DNA from: a virus
Direction: 5' to 3' (one strand)
Length of the DNA stretch: 64,000 nt
IMG/VR virus record: IMGVR_UViG_3300045988_143938
Shown here: piece after piece, positions 59,412 to 64,000 of the stretch
Layout of the letters: each line of letters begins with the position of its first letter
Numbering within the stretch: position 1 is the first letter of the stretch
Position numbers and translations under genes: made by a program
The notes under the pieces: generated by a model
Seen by the model: the letters and a program-made list of their open reading frames with translations, nothing else
What the model was told of the DNA's origin: nothing
Databases searched by the model: none

Positions 59412-59761
59412 AAAATGTAGAAAGTAAAATACAAATAGCTTGTGTTAATTGGTTTCGTTACCAATATCCCAAATACAAAAAACTCCTATTTTCTGTTCCT
59501 AATGGTGGCGCAAGAAATTCAATCACTGGAGCAATCCTAAAAATGGAGGGCGCGCTTGCAGGCGTGTCTGATCTTATTTTTTTGAAACCGAACCGTTTTT
59601 ATGGCTGCTTGTGCATTGAAATGAAACAGCCAAAAGGGAGACAACAAGAAAGCCAAAAAGAGTGGCAGAAAGCCGTAGAGTCAGCAGGAAATAAATATGT
59701 TGTTGTCCGTTCGCTTGACGAGTTTATAGAAGTAGTAACCGATTATCTGAAAGATGTATAA
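59408..59761 (+). CDS. VRR-NUC domain nuclease
   Basis: ...NGGARN...GVSDLIFL...CIEMKQPKG PD-(D/E)XK pattern. Confidence 0.75.
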   Translation: MKNVESKIQIACVNWFRYQYPKYKKLLFSVPNGGARNSITGAILKMEGALAGVSDLIFLKPNRFYGCLCIEMKQPKGRQQESQKEWQKAVESAGNKYVVVRSLDEFIEVVTDYLKDV

Positions 59762-59763
59762 CT

Positions 59764-60057
59764 ATGGCAGAATCATTTAAGAATGATTACAAGGACGACA
59801 AACTCCGCTGGGATTTGCTCCCGCTGGATTTGATAGAGGAAATAGTTAAGGTATATCACTTTGGCGCAAAAAAGTACGCTCCTAATAGCTGGCAGAATCT
59901 TCCTGACGCGGAAAACCGATATTATTCTGCGCTTCTTCGGCACTTGGTAGCATATCGAAAAGGTGAAACGAAAGACGAGGAAAGCGGGCTTCATCCGCTT
60001 GCTCATGTTATATGGAACGGGCTTGCACTACTCTATTTTGCTTTAAAGAGGAAATAA
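59764..60057 (+). CDS. DUF5664-like (dNTP pyrophosphohydrolase-type) protein
   Basis: KLRWDLLPLDLIEEIVKVYHFGAKKYAPNSWQNL...LRHLVAY...GLHPLAHVIWN. Confidence 0.5.
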   Translation: MAESFKNDYKDDKLRWDLLPLDLIEEIVKVYHFGAKKYAPNSWQNLPDAENRYYSALLRHLVAYRKGETKDEESGLHPLAHVIWNGLALLYFALKRK

Positions 60058-60060
60058 GAT

Positions 60061-60828
60061 ATGAGGAATAGTTTTATTTTTTATGGTAGCTGGTGGGAAG
60101 CAATTGAGAATTTGCCGAGAGATATTCAGGGAGACGTGCTTACATCCATAATTGAGTATGGATTATATGGAGAAACAACTGATAATCTAAAGCCGATTAC
60201 AAAAGCTATGCTGGCTATTGTGAAACCGCAGATAGACGCTAATAGAAAAAGGTTTGAAAACGGGAAAAAAGGAGGTAGGCCAAAGGTTGAAACAAAACCA
60301 AACAATAACCAAGAAGAAACCAAAGGAAAACCAAGCAATAACCAAACAATAACCAAAGCAGAACCTAATAATGATAATGTAAATGATATATATAAAGAAA
60401 CTACTACTGACGTAGTAGTAAAGAAAAAGGCTATTAGAAACAATAGTCCTGATCTATCTTTTGTTGATGAAGATTTTAAGGATCTGTTTATGGAATGGCT
60501 TGAATATAAACGAGACCGTAAAGAAAACTACAAGTCTGAAAAATCACTTAAGATGTGTTATAACCGATTACTCAAATTAAGCGGTAACGACTGCAACCAA
60601 GCAAGACTTGTGGTTGAGCAATCAATTGCCAGCAATTATGCCGGATTATTTGAACTAAAGAATTATGGAGCAAAAACAACTTACAGCAACATTTACGAAC
60701 AAAACCGAAAAGATAGCGAGCAGCGAAAACTTAATTCAGTTCTTGCGGTCGCAACAACCGTTAGGGAGGCAGCTGCAAAAAAGAGAGCTGAACTTGAAGC
60801 AGAGGGCATTATTGACAAAATACCCTGA
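60061..60828 (+). CDS. replication-associated protein (DUF6291-like N-domain, tentative)
   Basis: FIFYGSWWEAIENLPRDIQGDVLTSIIEYGLYGE; basic Asn/Lys-rich linker. Confidence 0.45.
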   Translation: MRNSFIFYGSWWEAIENLPRDIQGDVLTSIIEYGLYGETTDNLKPITKAMLAIVKPQIDANRKRFENGKKGGRPKVETKPNNNQEETKGKPSNNQTITKAEPNNDNVNDIYKETTTDVVVKKKAIRNNSPDLSFVDEDFKDLFMEWLEYKRDRKENYKSEKSLKMCYNRLLKLSGNDCNQARLVVEQSIASNYAGLFELKNYGAKTTYSNIYEQNRKDSEQRKLNSVLAVATTVREAAAKKRAELEAEGIIDKIP

Positions 60829-60844
60829 TCCGGCCCAATTCATC

Positions 60845-61387
60845 ATGGATTACAATCCGGATTTACAGTTTAAGATAGTAAAATGCAAAGCATCCCATTC
60901 TGATTTGGCTATGAATTTATCAATACCGACACTCGGCCTATTAGCTTCCACCTATGGCGATGAAACCCCTGTTGAGTGGCTTAAAATTCAATTCGGTACG
61001 CTTAATGACTTTGCGGAAGTTTCTGCTAAAATGGGAAACGATCAATTACAAGAACTTGCGGAGATATTTATTTCAGAATACTATTACATAAATGCGGCTG
61101 AAATATGCTTTTTCATTGCAAGGTTCAAGTCCGGTAAATATGGGAGATTTTACGGAGCTATTGATCCAATGAAGATTACAAGCGCTATGCTTGATTATAT
61201 CAAAGAACGCCGTATTGATATTGAGCGCTATGAACGCGAGCAATACAGGGTGCAACGTGAGAGGGAAATTGAAGAGCGAGGCAACAACCGTATATCATAC
61301 GCCGAATACCTTGAGCGCGAACGTAAGCTTGTTGAAGCAGGAGATGAGAATGCGAAGAAGAGAGCGGAAAACAGGGTTTTAAGATAA
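60845..61387 (+). CDS. hypothetical replication-module protein
   Basis: ATG 60845 avoids the 164-nt overlap implied by the track start. Confidence 0.55.
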   Translation: MDYNPDLQFKIVKCKASHSDLAMNLSIPTLGLLASTYGDETPVEWLKIQFGTLNDFAEVSAKMGNDQLQELAEIFISEYYYINAAEICFFIARFKSGKYGRFYGAIDPMKITSAMLDYIKERRIDIERYEREQYRVQREREIEERGNNRISYAEYLERERKLVEAGDENAKKRAENRVLR

Positions 61388-61430
61388 ACAATATATTCTT
61401 TGAGAATAAATTCCTTAATTCGTTTTCAAT

Positions 61431-61622
61431 ATGAAGCTAACAGTATGTTGGACCGCAAGAGGCAGAAACAAACGTTTCTATCACGATATATGCCGAAAGC
61501 TTGGAATATCAGACTATATGAGCATCAACCATGAAACACCATGTGATATAAAGGATGAAGATATGGAGTTGCTGCGTGAATGTGAGAAGCGCGGATTTTT
61601 ACAGATAAGAAAAAAGCAATGA
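61431..61622 (+). CDS. hypothetical protein
   Basis: ORF track, 63 aa. Confidence 0.5.
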   Translation: MKLTVCWTARGRNKRFYHDICRKLGISDYMSINHETPCDIKDEDMELLRECEKRGFLQIRKKQ

Positions 61623-61800
61623 ATATTCAGGGATACCCAATTCTCTGCACCGGGAGAAGCGAAAACAAAAGAACTCTTCCCCGGTGCAGGCGATGTCCGT
61701 TGTTCAACAGAAGATATCCGGTTTATTCTTCATGGAGGATAGACGGAGAATGTTGCTGTGTAGCGGATATTATTGTAATTGATAAAAATATAACATAATA

Positions 61801-62358
61801 ATGGAAAAACTAACTATAAACGACCTACCCGAAGATGTCTTAGAGAGAATGAGAAGAGCAATTAGGGAGGACAGCCAAATGATTTCTCTAAAGAACAAGC
61901 ACTCCCAGTATATAATCAACAGGCAATATGCCAAAGCCGTTTTGCTAAAGGAAAAAATGCAAAAAATAGAGGATCGGGTAATACGTGAATATCTTGACAG
62001 CTACGAAGGTGAAACGGAGAATATGCAGAGCCTCATGTCGGATATGTCGCCCGAAGACAGGGAGTATATCAATACCTGCACCAATGCGATTATTCTAATC
62101 TGTGACATGATAGAAACGTTTACAATGGACTTTAACCAAGTTCTTAAGAAATATCATCCTGATTACCGATTGGAGATGTACGATAAGATAATGCAGGTAG
62201 GAAAAGAAGCTAAGGCCCATGTACAGTTCATGTCGGAGTGTACGGACAATGTATATCAGTGTTCCTTTGCAGACAGCGCGGATGATATTACGGAGCTTGT
62301 GAGGAACAAGGCCCGTTCGCTAATACGCAAGGTTAAGGCTAAGGAGGAGAATAAATGA
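61801..62358 (+). CDS. hypothetical protein
   Basis: ORF track, 185 aa. Confidence 0.6.
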   Translation: MEKLTINDLPEDVLERMRRAIREDSQMISLKNKHSQYIINRQYAKAVLLKEKMQKIEDRVIREYLDSYEGETENMQSLMSDMSPEDREYINTCTNAIILICDMIETFTMDFNQVLKKYHPDYRLEMYDKIMQVGKEAKAHVQFMSECTDNVYQCSFADSADDITELVRNKARSLIRKVKAKEENK

Positions 62359-62446
62359 AACTAATCTATAACGCAATAATATTTCTCATGGACTGGCTTT
62401 CGATAGAAGTTGGAGAGGATGAGGAGTGGTTTTAAAAATAAAAACA

Positions 62447-62920
62447 ATGAATACACAATTTGAACGTTTAGCTAAACCTACCGATGAGTGGTATACACCA
62501 AAAGAAATAATAGACGCATTGGGGAAGTTTGATTTAGACCCATGCGCTCCGGTTCACCCGTTATGGAAAACCGCAGATGTAATGTACAACAAGGACAATG
62601 ACGGGTTGTGTCAAGAATGGTTTGGAAGAGTTTGGCTTAATCCTCCCTACTCAAAGCCTCTGATGTGGCAATTTGTAGAAAGATTATCGGAGCATGGTAA
62701 CGGTATAGCATTGCTATTTAATAGATGTGATAGCAATAAATTTCAAGACATAATTTTTGAAAGAGCTACGGCGATGAAGTTTTTAAGAAATAGAATAAAA
62801 TTCTTTCGCCCGGACGGTACTCGCGGAGATTCGCCCGGATGTGGCAGTATCCTCATTGCTTTTGGAGAGGATAATGCAGAAGTGCTAAGGACGTGTGATA
62901 TAGCAGGTAAATACGTATGA
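62447..62920 (+). CDS. phage-type DNA N6-adenine methyltransferase
   Basis: EWYTPKEIIDALGKFDLDPCA...VWLNPPYS (NPPY motif). Confidence 0.8.
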   Translation: MNTQFERLAKPTDEWYTPKEIIDALGKFDLDPCAPVHPLWKTADVMYNKDNDGLCQEWFGRVWLNPPYSKPLMWQFVERLSEHGNGIALLFNRCDSNKFQDIIFERATAMKFLRNRIKFFRPDGTRGDSPGCGSILIAFGEDNAEVLRTCDIAGKYV

Positions 62921-62946
62921 ATAAATTAAACTAACAACAATATATT

Positions 62947-64000
62947 ATGAAAAAGAAATTAACTCCTGATAATATTCAGGAACTTACAGAAAATCAGATA
63001 TTCGTTTTTGGCTCTAACATGAACGGTAATCATGCCGGAGGGGCAGCAAGATTAGCCGTAGAAAAATTTGGTGCAGTGATGGGGCAGGCAGAAGGCATAC
63101 AAGGCCAGTCCTACGCCATTCCAACGTTAGATAAGGATATGCAGAAAGTAACCGAGGAAGAGTTAATTACCTATTTAGGAAACTTCCGAGAGTTTGCTGA
63201 AGAGCATCCGGAAAAGGAATTTCTTTTCACCGCCATTGGTACAGGAATAGCCGGATTTGATACAAATTATATGGCGTACATGATACTTAGAGCAAATCTT
63301 CCGGATAACGTTACTCTACCAAAGGAGTTTACCAAAATAAAAGGATACAAGGGTTTTAATCCGGATATGACATGCCGAGGGTTTAAATACGAAGAAGGCA
63401 AGGACTACGAGGAGCAAGGAAAAATAGGAGCTTGCAAAAATGGATTTCATTTTTGTCTTCATCCATTGGATGTCTTTGGATATTATCCGCCTGCTTATAT
63501 AGGTATGAATAAGTTTCACGAAGTTGAGGGAAGCGGTTATATGGATGCGGATGAGGATGATACAAAGATCGCTTGTTCTAAAATACATATCGGAGCAAAA
63601 CTCGATATAAAAGGGCTTGTGAAAGCAACCGTATCTTATGTAAAGGAACGGTGCACTAATAGGAATAATGCAAATCCGGGGTTTCCTGCGACCGCTGGTA
63701 ATTATGGTGCTGCGACCGCTGGTAATTATGGTGCTGCGACCGCTGGTGATAGTGGTGCTGCGACCGCTGGTAATTATGGTGCTGCGACCGCTGGTAATTA
63801 TGGTGCTGCGACCGCTGGTGATAGTGGTGCTGCGACCGCTGGTAATTATGGTGCTGCGACCGCTGGTTATAGAGGTGCTGCGACCGCTGGTAATAGAGGT
63901 GCTGCGACCGCTGGTTATAGAGGTGCTGCGACCGCTGGTAATAGAGGTGCTGCGACCGCTGGTAATTATGGTGCTGCGACCGCTGGTGATAGTGGTGCTG
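62947..64000 (+). CDS. three-part protein ending in AATAGxxG octapeptide repeats, 3' end off-window
   Basis: ATG 62947, open to window end (absent from track, no stop); FVFGSNMNGNHAGGAA...GQSYAIPT N-domain; GFHFCLHPLDVFGYY middle; repeats from 63685. Confidence 0.7.
   Translation, partial: MKKKLTPDNIQELTENQIFVFGSNMNGNHAGGAARLAVEKFGAVMGQAEGIQGQSYAIPTLDKDMQKVTEEELITYLGNFREFAEEHPEKEFLFTAIGTGIAGFDTNYMAYMILRANLPDNVTLPKEFTKIKGYKGFNPDMTCRGFKYEEGKDYEEQGKIGACKNGFHFCLHPLDVFGYYPPAYIGMNKFHEVEGSGYMDADEDDTKIACSKIHIGAKLDIKGLVKATVSYVKERCTNRNNANPGFPATAGNYGAATAGNYGAATAGDSGAATAGNYGAATAGNYGAATAGDSGAATAGNYGAATAGYRGAATAGNRGAATAGYRGAATAGNRGAATAGNYGAATAGDSGA
63685..64000 (+). repeat. 24-nt tandem coding repeat, at least 13 units, truncated by window
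   Basis: GCT GCG ACC GCT GGT (AAT/GAT/TAT)(TAT/AGT/AGA) GGT. Confidence 0.95.

Noticed and set aside
1-64000. Prophage-host junctions (attL/attR) within the window.
   Set aside because: Phage-type genes run continuously to both window edges and across the int/xis region. No host housekeeping genes or flanking direct repeats were seen, so no boundary can be called from this window.

Overview
The window appears to be most of a temperate siphovirus-type phage or prophage of a Bacteroidota host. Host evidence is many TAnnTTTG -7 promoter boxes, an acidic lipoprotein export signal and a BACON-like domain. No host flanks, rRNA or CRISPR array are visible. Layout: (a) 1-3.9 kb, plus-strand early/accessory genes (YopX, HTH protein, AntA/KilAC antirepressor). 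(b) 4-35.7 kb, a long minus-strand late region: scaffold, decoration-like protein, major capsid, connectors, major tail protein, chaperones, 1653-aa tape measure, a ~4 kb accessory island, Dit-like protein, a 1465-aa fibre with an S74-type C-terminal chaperone domain, duplicated receptor-binding cassettes around a retropepsin-like gene, holin, amidase, a candidate unimolecular spanin, and about 10 unknown small genes. (c) 36-41.7 kb, plus-strand TerL (interrupted by an intein), portal and a Mu-F-like head protein. (d) 41.7-43.7 kb, a minus-strand D5/P4-type primase-helicase next to a ~1.1 kb AT-rich origin-like region. (e) 44.9-64 kb, plus-strand early genes: two tyrosine recombinases, Xis-like protein, YqaJ exonuclease, SSB-like protein, HicAB, VRR-NUC, Dam-like methylase and two octapeptide-repeat proteins. 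Observations most worth follow-up: (1) two tRNA-like genes have perfect acceptor, D and T arms but large insertions where the anticodon loop or variable arm should be, and the first abuts ~380 nt of ORF-free stacked hairpins beside int/xis. (2) A 14-nt motif, TAGAAAATAGRTGA, occurs six times and only in intergenic regions, and three late units carry promoter-proximal terminator-like hairpins, which suggests antitermination-type late control. (3) Two A-run -1 frameshift sites are present, one fusing a hidden BACON/Ig-like domain to the major tail protein. (4) An intein with class-3 hallmarks and a LAGLIDADG endonuclease sits in the TerL P-loop. (5) A 26-unit 24-nt coding repeat varies only by A/G at four fixed positions. 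(6) Several sub-60-aa genes are missing from the ORF track, including three tandem mini membrane peptides and a Com-like zinc ribbon. All functional calls come from motif recognition by eye and no database search was run.
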